64,000 nucleotides of DNA, from positions 5,656 to 69,655 of the forward strand of contig CAZTPW010000002.1 of assembly GCA_964615725.1 (NCBI GenBank), in the 5' to 3' direction. The stretch is from an uncultured Candidatus Saccharibacteria bacterium (lineage in GTDB: Bacteria; Patescibacteriota; Minisyncoccia; Phycocordibacterales; CAZTPW01). The position numbers were made by a program, and so were the translations under genes. Under the pieces are notes generated by a model, which ran no database searches, was not told the DNA's origin, and saw nothing but the letters and a program-made list of their open reading frames with translations. Below, piece after piece: positions 49,504-58,163 of this stretch (position 1 is its first letter; every line of letters begins with the position of its first letter).

Positions 49504-50259
49504 ATGAAAGATACCTCGTGGGGTAATGTAGCAGATTGGTATAGTGATCTTCTTGAATCAACGTCGGACACTTATCAGTCCGAAGTTGTTGCACCCAACC
49601 TCGTCAGACTCATAAAACCGTCTGCTGGTATGAGTATTTTAGATGTTGCATGTGGTCAGGGTTATTTTAGTCGTATTTTTGCAAGCCATGGCGCCCAGGT
49701 TACCGGGGTAGATCTCGGAAGTGCTCTTATTGAATACGCAAAAGCTCACTCGCCACAAGAAATTCTCTATTTCAACGCTCCGTCACATACGATGGATTTC
49801 CTCAAGGATCGCTCTTTTGATGCTATTTCCATAGTTCTTGCAATCCAAAATATCGAATTGTTTCGAGAAACATTTCTTGAGTGTAGTCGGGTTCTCAAAG
49901 AAAAGGGAAGGATGTATCTCATCCTCAACCATCCCGCATTCCGCATTCCAAAGCAGAGCCATTGGGGCTTCGACGAAAAAACAAATACTCAGTATCGTCG
50001 TGTTGACGAGTACCTTGGCGAATCTACCGTCGAGATTGACATGCATCCAGGTACAAAAGATTCACCAAAGACCATATCATTTCATCGCCCGCTTCAAGTT
50101 TATGCAAAAGCACTTGAAAAATCCGGCTTTGCCATTACTCGCATCGAGGAGTGGACATCACACAAAAAAAGCCAGCCTGGTCCTCGACAAAAAGCCGAAG
50201 ACAAGTCTCGCGCAGAAATTCCTCTTTTTATGATGCTTGAAGTGCGAAAAATCGCATAG
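49504..50259 (+). CDS. class I SAM-dependent methyltransferase
   Basis: ILDVACGQG, NHP.F, FHRPL..Y. Confidence 0.92.
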   Translation: MKDTSWGNVADWYSDLLESTSDTYQSEVVAPNLVRLIKPSAGMSILDVACGQGYFSRIFASHGAQVTGVDLGSALIEYAKAHSPQEILYFNAPSHTMDFLKDRSFDAISIVLAIQNIELFRETFLECSRVLKEKGRMYLILNHPAFRIPKQSHWGFDEKTNTQYRRVDEYLGESTVEIDMHPGTKDSPKTISFHRPLQVYAKALEKSGFAITRIEEWTSHKKSQPGPRQKAEDKSRAEIPLFMMLEVRKIA

Positions 50260-50295
50260 ATTGCCAGCGCGTGTTGTTGGAGGTACAGTATAGAT

Positions 50296-50538
50296 ATGAA
50301 AATTATTGCATATATGAAAACGGGCTGCCCTTGGTGTATTGATGTCGCCAAGTTTTTTCATGAGAAAAAGATTACCTACGAAGAGCGAAATGTTACTGAG
50401 AATAAAGCCTACTTCGATGAGATGGTAAAAAAATCAGGACAAACAAAAGCTCCAACTCTCGATATTGATGGGGTAATCCTCGCAGATTCGGATAAAGAAC
50501 AAGTTGCAAACTACCTAACTTCGCGGATGAGCTCGTAG
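50296..50538 (+). CDS. glutaredoxin (NrdH-like)
   Basis: CPWC, SGQ..AP…IDG. Confidence 0.92.
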   Translation: MKIIAYMKTGCPWCIDVAKFFHEKKITYEERNVTENKAYFDEMVKKSGQTKAPTLDIDGVILADSDKEQVANYLTSRMSS

Positions 50539-51714
50539 AGCGATGACGTGGCGGATTCCATAGAGAAGGACGAATCCGAGCACGATGAAGATTCCATAAT
50601 AGCTTTCGGTAAAGTAGAGAATGATCGTTGCGATAATCGGCGCAATACAATACGCCCATGGTCGCATGGTTCGATATACACTCATAATATGAATGCTCGT
50701 TGGGTTGATGTGGCGGAAAAAATGAGCCTCCGATCCAATTTCAACAAGACTTGCACCAATTCGAGTGGCTACCAAAATAAGTGTCCACACTACGATGCTT
50801 TTTGATTGGATGTATGGAATGCTTGCGGTCGAGATCGCCATGCAAAGGAATCCGAGAGCGAGAATCCCTTTTTCTCGATGAGTGCGGTCGATGTATCGAC
50901 CCATCGGAATATCGAAAATAACAAAAGGAAGCAACATGATACTAAACATGATGCCAATCTGCTCCCAGCTAAATCCTATGTATTCGTGGAGATAAATAGG
51001 CGCATAGATAATCATCCACGCATAGAAAAACTGCTGAATGAATTGAATGATAAAGCTCCCCAAAACATCCTTGCTTCGCCAGATTTCAAGAACTGTTTTA
51101 AAGAAAGGGTGGCGCACATACTCAGGATCTTTGAATGTGTCGAAACGATACATAAGAATAAAAATCACGGGAATGATGAGCATTGCCGCGGCAATATAGA
51201 TGCGCCAATATTCGTCACCTTGCGTAAGGAGGAGACCAGCACCAACCTGACCCACAATCCATGCTGTATTGCCACTCGTAAGGAAAAAGCCACGAACGCG
51301 ACCCATTTCATTGTGGGTGCTCAGTTTTTCAAGAAATACGTCCATGTTGAAGTTGATCAGTGCAATCGCAATGAAACTCAACATAAAGAAGCCGATAAGG
51401 AGCCATGGCGCATCCAAGAAGGCAAGCCCCAAGAGACTTGCAAGCTCGAGAAGAAGTATGATCACGATGGTTTTGTAGTTTCCGATTTTTTTGAGAAGGC
51501 TCGGAATAAAAACAAAAGCAATGATTGTGATGACTGATGAGATGGTGTAGATCAAACCAACAGACTCTTCATTGACGAGCGTCTTGAGGAAGCTTGAGTT
51601 GATGTAAACCGGCAGGGCGCAGTGAAGGGAAAACAAAAACCCTAGGATGTACATCAAAAACTTTCCTGAGCTGAAGTGTTTATGAGTGTGGAGCTTGGAG
51701 CGATGGCCTTCCAT
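50515..51714 (-). CDS. MFS transporter
   Basis: About 12 TMs, G.VRG, P.G.Y.D. Confidence 0.88.
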   Translation of the reverse strand: MEGHRSKLHTHKHFSSGKFLMYILGFLFSLHCALPVYINSSFLKTLVNEESVGLIYTISSVITIIAFVFIPSLLKKIGNYKTIVIILLLELASLLGLAFLDAPWLLIGFFMLSFIAIALINFNMDVFLEKLSTHNEMGRVRGFFLTSGNTAWIVGQVGAGLLLTQGDEYWRIYIAAAMLIIPVIFILMYRFDTFKDPEYVRHPFFKTVLEIWRSKDVLGSFIIQFIQQFFYAWMIIYAPIYLHEYIGFSWEQIGIMFSIMLLPFVIFDIPMGRYIDRTHREKGILALGFLCMAISTASIPYIQSKSIVVWTLILVATRIGASLVEIGSEAHFFRHINPTSIHIMSVYRTMRPWAYCIAPIIATIILYFTESYYGIFIVLGFVLLYGIRHVIALRAHPRS

Positions 51715-51721
51715 CCCTCTA

Positions 51722-53656
51722 TTATAATTCGATAATCACCGGAATGACAATTGGCTTCTTGGCTGTCTGCTGGAAGAGGTACTTACCCACAGCGTCAGTA
51801 ATGTTGTCTTTTACGTAGTCGATGTTAATCGGCTTCATGCCACGAGTAGAATCCTCAACGGTTTTCTTGATGATGAATCGGGCTTCTCGGAGGAGTTCCT
51901 GAGATTCACGGAGATACACGAAACCTCGAGAGATGAGATCTGGGGATTTCTTGAGCTTTCCTGTCTGGGTGTCGAGGAGGGCAACGATGACGAACATACC
52001 ATCTGCTGAAAGCATTTGTCGGTCTCGAATCACTACTTCCTGCATATCACCCACAGAGAAACCATCCACCATCATATTACCAGCTGGAGCTGACTCTTTG
52101 AGGCGTACGAGTTTGGTTCCTTTGTCTCGAATTTCAACAATAGTACCGTTATCAGGAACAATGACGTGATCTTTTGGCATACCAAGGCTATATGCAAGGT
52201 CTGCGTGGAGCTTCAACATGTAGTGGTTACCGTGAATTGGCATGAAGAACTTCGAATTGATTTTCTTGTGAAGCCATTCAATTTCGCCTCGGTTGCCGTG
52301 TCCTGTTGAGTGGATGTAGACGTCTGACGTTCGGTAGTGGACGATTCGCACATTCTGACGAGCGAGATTGTCTTTGAGTTTCTGCACAGTCTTTTCATTT
52401 CCAGGAATAATTGAAGATGAAAGGAGGACGGTATCACGCTCGTTGAGCTTGATGTGCTTGTGTGACTTGGTAGCCATTCGCATAAGCGCAGCGAACTCTT
52501 CACCTTGCGCACCTGTTGAGAGGACAACCACTCGATCAGGCGGAAATGAATCCACTTCTGATGAATCAATGATCGTACCTTTTTTTACTTTCAAGATACC
52601 TGCGAGGGTAGAGATTTCGATGTTGGTCTTCATGCTTCGACCCTCAATCGCAATCTTTTTGTTGTACTTCTCACAAATCTCGATGATTTTGATCATTCGC
52701 TCGAGCTGTGAAGAGAAGGTACCAATAATGAGGCGTCCTTTGATGGTCTTGATAATAGTGTCGAGGTTGTCGTGCACGATTCGCTCTGGAGTAGAGAAGC
52801 CAGGGTTTTCGATGTTGGTTGAATCAGTCATCAAGAAAAGCGTCTTGCTGTTTGCAAACTGCTCGTATTCTTTTGCTTCCTCAGAGGTAGGCACGCCATT
52901 TTCGTGGTCGAGCTTGAAGTCTCCAGGGGTAACAATGTTTCCATACGGAGTCTCGATAATCACACCCATTGAGTCTGGGATGGTGTGGGTAACAGAGAAG
53001 AATCGCACAGGAAGGTTACCGAGTGTTACTTTGCTATCTTTCTCTACAATCTTGTAATCAATTTCTGGAAGGTGAGGGAATTCTGACTGGCGCTTTTTCA
53101 CCATGATTGCGGTGAGGTTTCGGGTGTACATTGGGGGATTTCCAATACGATCCATGATGTAAGGAATACCACCGATGTGGTCGAGGTGACCGTGGGTGAC
53201 AATAATTGCGCGAATCTTCTCCTTTCGCTCTTCGAGGTATTTTGTGTTGGGAAGAATATAGTCGATACCAGGAGTGTTGTCATCTTTGAACATGAAGCCG
53301 GCGTCAATAACGACGATGTCATTTCCATATTCAACGATAGTCATGTTTCGACCAACTTCTTCTACACCTCCAAGCGGAATGATACGAATAGCATCACCGA
53401 TTGGTGGAATGGTGTCGTTTGGTTTCTTTGGAGCGATCTTGTGATCGTTACGAGAGAATTTTCGGTCGTGGCGTGTTGATCGGACTTTGCTTGATGATCC
53501 GCCAGCTCCCGCGACGTGACCATGTGGACGTCGATCCTGGCGCGGGCCATGACCTCCACGAGTATGGTGGGGGTTGTGTGATGACGTGTGATGGCTTGTC
53601 TGTTTTGGCGCTTGTAGCGCTCCGTCTGTCTGATTGTTCTGTGTTTGTGGGTTCAT
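51722..53656 (-). CDS. rnj: ribonuclease J
   Basis: PLGGVEEVG.NM, THGHLDHIGG, H.IPD, GDFK.D, H.TGH, P.HG. Confidence 0.96.
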   Translation of the reverse strand: MNPQTQNNQTDGALQAPKQTSHHTSSHNPHHTRGGHGPRQDRRPHGHVAGAGGSSSKVRSTRHDRKFSRNDHKIAPKKPNDTIPPIGDAIRIIPLGGVEEVGRNMTIVEYGNDIVVIDAGFMFKDDNTPGIDYILPNTKYLEERKEKIRAIIVTHGHLDHIGGIPYIMDRIGNPPMYTRNLTAIMVKKRQSEFPHLPEIDYKIVEKDSKVTLGNLPVRFFSVTHTIPDSMGVIIETPYGNIVTPGDFKLDHENGVPTSEEAKEYEQFANSKTLFLMTDSTNIENPGFSTPERIVHDNLDTIIKTIKGRLIIGTFSSQLERMIKIIEICEKYNKKIAIEGRSMKTNIEISTLAGILKVKKGTIIDSSEVDSFPPDRVVVLSTGAQGEEFAALMRMATKSHKHIKLNERDTVLLSSSIIPGNEKTVQKLKDNLARQNVRIVHYRTSDVYIHSTGHGNRGEIEWLHKKINSKFFMPIHGNHYMLKLHADLAYSLGMPKDHVIVPDNGTIVEIRDKGTKLVRLKESAPAGNMMVDGFSVGDMQEVVIRDRQMLSADGMFVIVALLDTQTGKLKKSPDLISRGFVYLRESQELLREARFIIKKTVEDSTRGMKPINIDYVKDNITDAVGKYLFQQTAKKPIVIPVIIEL

Positions 53657-53681
53657 AAATGTTATTAATTGTTATGTAATT

Positions 53682-55424
53682 TTATTTCCAAATATTTTCT
53701 GTTTCTATATACCATTTCTCAATATCTCCAAATCGTTCGTTCTGTTCGGTAATGTTTTTGAAGGTTACATTCTGAATCTTTTTTGGATAGAGATAGATGA
53801 TGTCTGGCGCGTAGAGGAAGAAGGCAGGAATATCTTTCTGGATTTCATCATCGAATTTGATGAGGAGGTCTTTCTGGGCTTTGGTACTTGAGGCTGAGCG
53901 GGCATTTTCGAGGAGGGTGTCGGCTTTGCTGTTTGCATAGAGCGCCATATTGAGTCCTGGATGATTGCGCTCCGATGAGTGCCAGAAACTATAGAGATCG
54001 AGATTTCTTCCAACAACTTCTCCAAAAAGGAATGCTTGATACTTTCGAGGCTGGAGGACGTTTTGATTGAGGTCGCCTTGCTCGAACACCTTGATGTCAA
54101 CTTTTGCACCGAGCTTCTTCCACTGATCTTTGAGAATGAGGGCGGTTTTTACAAGGTCAGAAGCGTTGGTGGTAGAGAGTGAAAAGGCGAGTGGTACTGT
54201 TTCTTTCTTGGCTTTCTTTTCGTAATATCCATCGACATTCTTCTTCCATCCAGCTTTTTCAAGAAGTGCCTGAGCTTTCTTCAAGCGTTCTTCTGGGGTG
54301 CTGGTACTGTGATGGGTAGCCTCTGTGTTAAAGAATGGATATGGAAGGGGGCTGTCGACGGGTACACCATAGCCGTTCAAAACCTCACTCACGATAACAT
54401 CTTTGCTGATAGTCATTTCGAGCGCCTGTCGCACTTCATGCTCAAGGAAAATTGGTGCCTGACTCTGATTGAGGAAAACTGCAAAGGTGCGAGGAAGGGT
54501 GCTTTCAATCACCATTGATCGGTCAAGGTTGAAATCTTTTGTATTGTCAGGTGATGGAGTGATAAAGCTATCAATTTCCTCTTTTTCATAGGCATCAAGT
54601 GCGGCGCTTTCATCACCAAAAAACTTCAACTCAATTTTTGAAATATAAGGAGTGCCGAGCGCGTATTCCTCAAAAGGTTTGAGGGTATATGAAACAGGAA
54701 TACCATCCGCATCCTTTTCCACGGATGAGATTCGATATGGTCCACTACCAACTTTTGGCTCGCTATTAGCGAGAGATGAGGTGAATTGCTCTACAGAAAG
54801 GTTGCCCCAGACTGCATGGGGGAGAATACCAAGGGTAGTGCTCTCAAGAAAGGGCGCGTAAGGTTGCTTGAGAGTAAATCGAATTTCTCGATCATCAACC
54901 CTTTCTACCTCAACACCTTCCCAGTGAGCTCGGCGTGGACTCTTGAGTGCAGGGTCGAGCACTTTTTTAATCGTAGATTCTACATCTCGAGTGGTGAGGG
55001 GGCTTCCATCATGGAAGGTGAGACCTGCTTTAAGTCTAAAGGTGTAGACTTTTCCATCAGGTGAAATGGTGTAGCTTTCAGCAAGCTCTGGTACAAGGTT
55101 GCCAAGTGAGTCGGCTTTCATGAGACCGGCATACACAAGGCTCGTAACGTCTCGATCCACATCAAATGATGCCAAAACCGGGTTTACTGCATGAGGAACA
55201 CCAACAATTCCCTCAATAAACGATCCTCCTTGAGCGGGTACAGGGGTGAGAAGGTAGCCATTGAGTCGCACAATGATAGCTGCAGAGACAATACAAAGCA
55301 CAATTACCGCTGTCCAAAAGACAGATTTTTCCGTGGTACTGAATGATTGTATAAGAGAGTCAATCTTTTGATTGAGAGAACGCCCGTAATGACGAGCAAA
55401 AAGAGAATTGAGAAATGCTTTCAC
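53682..55424 (-). CDS. peptide ABC transporter substrate-binding protein (family 5), TM-anchored
   Basis: PELAESY.IS.DG..YTF.L…FHDG.PLT..DV, GSGPY. Confidence 0.92.
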   Translation of the reverse strand: MKAFLNSLFARHYGRSLNQKIDSLIQSFSTTEKSVFWTAVIVLCIVSAAIIVRLNGYLLTPVPAQGGSFIEGIVGVPHAVNPVLASFDVDRDVTSLVYAGLMKADSLGNLVPELAESYTISPDGKVYTFRLKAGLTFHDGSPLTTRDVESTIKKVLDPALKSPRRAHWEGVEVERVDDREIRFTLKQPYAPFLESTTLGILPHAVWGNLSVEQFTSSLANSEPKVGSGPYRISSVEKDADGIPVSYTLKPFEEYALGTPYISKIELKFFGDESAALDAYEKEEIDSFITPSPDNTKDFNLDRSMVIESTLPRTFAVFLNQSQAPIFLEHEVRQALEMTISKDVIVSEVLNGYGVPVDSPLPYPFFNTEATHHSTSTPEERLKKAQALLEKAGWKKNVDGYYEKKAKKETVPLAFSLSTTNASDLVKTALILKDQWKKLGAKVDIKVFEQGDLNQNVLQPRKYQAFLFGEVVGRNLDLYSFWHSSERNHPGLNMALYANSKADTLLENARSASSTKAQKDLLIKFDDEIQKDIPAFFLYAPDIIYLYPKKIQNVTFKNITEQNERFGDIEKWYIETENIWK

Positions 55425-55475
55425 AAATTTGAGGAAATGGCGAACATGCCAGTTCCGAAATTACACTAGAAATAA

Positions 55476-55709
55476 TTATCGAGTAAGCGCAAAGATTGCA
55501 CTTGCCACGAAGAGAACACTCAACACAATCGTGCCATTGAACAAGAATTTTTCGAAGCCTCGTCGAGTGTGGAATCCGGAGCCGAGGTTATTGTTTTCAC
55601 CGAAAGCACCGCCTAGGCCTGCGCTTGATCGCTGGAACAATACCGCTGCCACGAGAAGCACTGCCAAGACTATCTGTATGTACGGTAGTACGTGGGTAAG
55701 AGTATTCAT
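55476..55709 (-). CDS. secG: preprotein translocase subunit SecG
   Basis: Two TMs with LFQ…GLGGAFG…RRG.EK.L..T. Confidence 0.92.
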   Translation of the reverse strand: MNTLTHVLPYIQIVLAVLLVAAVLFQRSSAGLGGAFGENNNLGSGFHTRRGFEKFLFNGTIVLSVLFVASAIFALTR

Positions 55710-55723
55710 TACTGATCAGTATA

Positions 55724-55843
55724 GCAGAATATAGTACAAAGGCAAGTTTTTCGAGCACGGATATTTTCTTGGTAGAAAATTCCTCGTGCTCGGCTCGACA
55801 GCCTCGCAAGTCTCTCAAAACTTGCCTTTGTACTATATTCTGC
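55724..55843. repeat. palindromic element with perfect 27-bp inverted repeats
   Basis: gcagaatatagtacaaaggcaagtttt (55724-55750) / exact reverse complement (55817-55843); internal hairpin. Confidence 0.95.
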
Positions 55844-55898
55844 ACCTGATCCCTTGGTTTTATTCATTGTTTTTATTATATTTGGTATAATTCTTTCT

Positions 55899-56459
55899 AT
55901 GAAGAAAACAACGATAATTATTATTGCAGTAGTGGTTATTTTAGGACTTTGGGTTGGAGTGAAGTACAACTCTCTCGTGACTGCGCGTGAGTCGATCGAC
56001 GCACAGTGGTCACAGGTTCAGGCACAATATCAGCGACGTTTCGATCTCATTCCAAACGTTGTAAATGCTGTAAAGGGTGCTATGAAGCAAGAGACAGCCA
56101 TTTTTACTCAGCTTGCAAATGCCCGAGCACAGTATCTTTCTGCTAAAACACCAGCAGATCAGGAGGCGGCAGCTCAGTCTGGCGATCAGGCACTTTCAAA
56201 GTTTTTGGCAGTAATTGAGAATTATCCTCAGCTTAAGTCTATTGATGCTGACCGCGACCTCATTGTGGAGCTTGAAGGTACAGAAAATCGCATTGGTGTT
56301 GAGCGAAAGAAATACAACGAGACCGTAAAAGAGTACAACCTTGGAGTTTCTCGATTCCCAGGCTCTATCATTGCGGGAATCTTCAACTTCGACATAAAGG
56401 AATACCTCAAAGCGGACGCGGCGGCGCAGACAGCACCGAAAGTTGACCTCACAAACTAA
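55899..56459 (+). CDS. lemA: LemA family protein
   Basis: YN.LV…W..V..QYQRR.DLIPN, ENYP.LK, LEGTENRI. Confidence 0.95.
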   Translation: MKKTTIIIIAVVVILGLWVGVKYNSLVTARESIDAQWSQVQAQYQRRFDLIPNVVNAVKGAMKQETAIFTQLANARAQYLSAKTPADQEAAAQSGDQALSKFLAVIENYPQLKSIDADRDLIVELEGTENRIGVERKKYNETVKEYNLGVSRFPGSIIAGIFNFDIKEYLKADAAAQTAPKVDLTN

Positions 56460-56460
56460 C

Positions 56461-57399
56461 ATGAAGCTCGGAGCTCGTATCATTGGAGTCGTTTTTGGAC
56501 TTCTCCTCTTGGGTGCGGGCTCTTTGCCTGTCTGGGCCTATGAGATTCCACAAAATCCTACACAACCCGTCTATGATTTTGCCGGTGTCTTGAGCCCATC
56601 CCAAGAAGCAACCCTTTCAGAAAAACTCACCGCCTTGTATCAAACAGGGAAGGGTGTGATGGTTATTCTTACCATCCCTTCACTCGACGGTCAGTCAATC
56701 GAAGAGCTCTCACATTCGATTGCAACGAAATGGGGAATCGGTGACAAAAAAGAAAGTAACGGTTTTCTTATTCTCGTCGCCCCTTCCGACAAACAGATTC
56801 GCTACGAAGTTGGATATGGTCTCGAGCCTTATGTGACTGACATCCAAACAAGTATCGTGCATCGAGATATTGTTGTTCCGGCATTTCGAGCCAACGATTA
56901 TTTTGGAGGACTCAACGGTGCGGTTGATGCCTTTATTGCTGCTATCGACAAAGGAGTCCCTATTTCAGAAAAATCATCATCAAAGGCACCTCTCGACAGA
57001 AATACCATTCCCGGTTTTCTCTGGTGGATTATCGGAATTCTTTTCAGTCCAGTAGGGCTTTTTGTGGTCGTGTGGCTTTCGGTGGTTCTTGGTCGTTCAC
57101 GATCATGGTGGCTTGGTGGTGTGATTGGCCTCATTGTAGGTTTTGTTTTTGGTGTGTTCTTTAGTATCACAATGGCGATTATTGGTGCGGTGGTATATAT
57201 GATGATTGGTCTCATCCTCGACCTTTTTGTGTCAAAGGCACACCAGAGGAGTGTTGCGACAGGTAATCCGCTTCCTTGGTGGGCTTCAGGATTTATTTCT
57301 GGTCGAAGCTCAGGTGGCCGATGGGGTGGGGGTGGCGGATTTGGCGGTGGTTTCGGTGGAGGAAGCTTTGGGGGTGGCGGATCGACAGGGCGCTGGTAA
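56461..57399 (+). CDS. TPM-domain membrane protein (YgcG-like) with Gly-rich tail
   Basis: V.D.AG.LS, W.IG….NG.L, EVGYGLE, GGGSFGGGG..G.W. Confidence 0.92.
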   Translation: MKLGARIIGVVFGLLLLGAGSLPVWAYEIPQNPTQPVYDFAGVLSPSQEATLSEKLTALYQTGKGVMVILTIPSLDGQSIEELSHSIATKWGIGDKKESNGFLILVAPSDKQIRYEVGYGLEPYVTDIQTSIVHRDIVVPAFRANDYFGGLNGAVDAFIAAIDKGVPISEKSSSKAPLDRNTIPGFLWWIIGILFSPVGLFVVVWLSVVLGRSRSWWLGGVIGLIVGFVFGVFFSITMAIIGAVVYMMIGLILDLFVSKAHQRSVATGNPLPWWASGFISGRSSGGRWGGGGGFGGGFGGGSFGGGGSTGRW

Positions 57400-57415
57400 T
57401 TTTTTTCATCAACCA

Positions 57416-57856
57416 ATGAAATTTATTCGCATTATCTACATACTTTTAGCAATCGTTGCGGTGCTTTTTCTAGCGCGCGCACTCTTTTTTAAGGGAGATG
57501 GCACAAAAACGACGATTTCTATCAACAATACCCCAATTACCCTTATGCTCGCTCTCACCGATGAAGCACGTGCACAAGGATTGTCAGGCAAACCATCACT
57601 CGATACAGATCAAGGAATGTGGTTTGTGTTTCCCGAGTCAGGAAAGCAGGGGATTTGGATGAAGGATATGAAATTTCCCATTGACATTGCGTGGATTGAT
57701 GAAAATTTTGTAATTGTCGATATAAAAGAGCACGCACAACCAGAATCATACCCAGAAATTTTCTATCCAAAAGCAAATTCGCGATATGTTTTGGAGGTGA
57801 ACGATGGTTTCCTTCAAAAACATGCGATTAAAATTGGAGACCTCGTCAGTTTTTAA
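57416..57856 (+). CDS. DUF192 family protein
   Basis: A.T…R..GLS, GM.FVF, WMKDM.FPIDI.W, YVLE. Confidence 0.92.
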   Translation: MKFIRIIYILLAIVAVLFLARALFFKGDGTKTTISINNTPITLMLALTDEARAQGLSGKPSLDTDQGMWFVFPESGKQGIWMKDMKFPIDIAWIDENFVIVDIKEHAQPESYPEIFYPKANSRYVLEVNDGFLQKHAIKIGDLVSF

Positions 57857-58163
57857 AATGCACGAGTCAAAACAGCCAGCATTTGAGTCATTTTCTGTCG
57901 ACCTATTTTACAGAAAAGAAATTTTGTTTCGCGCTCGATTGTCCACAGGAATTTTTTAAAAAAAATTTCAATGCGAGGAGTAAAATAATGATTAGGAAGT
58001 TCTCTCGGCATATCGATGCCGGGTTTTTATTCCGACAAACAAGGGTTGTGTGAATGTGTCGTGTATTCACCACATCTCGAGGATGTTGGAACGAGGGTCT
58101 GAAGCCCTTATTCATCAAATTATTCATAAATGTGTATTGCAAGAGAGGCACTCACCGTTCATT

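Noticed and set aside
50806-53057. Long antisense ORFs (243 aa, 229 aa), and similar ones at 12726-13304, 42295-42903 and 56898-57416
   Set aside because: Shadow frames opposite well-supported genes.
57857-58163. Replication origin or cobalamin riboswitch
   Set aside because: Only one good DnaA-like box, no dnaA nearby, and no B12-box consensus.
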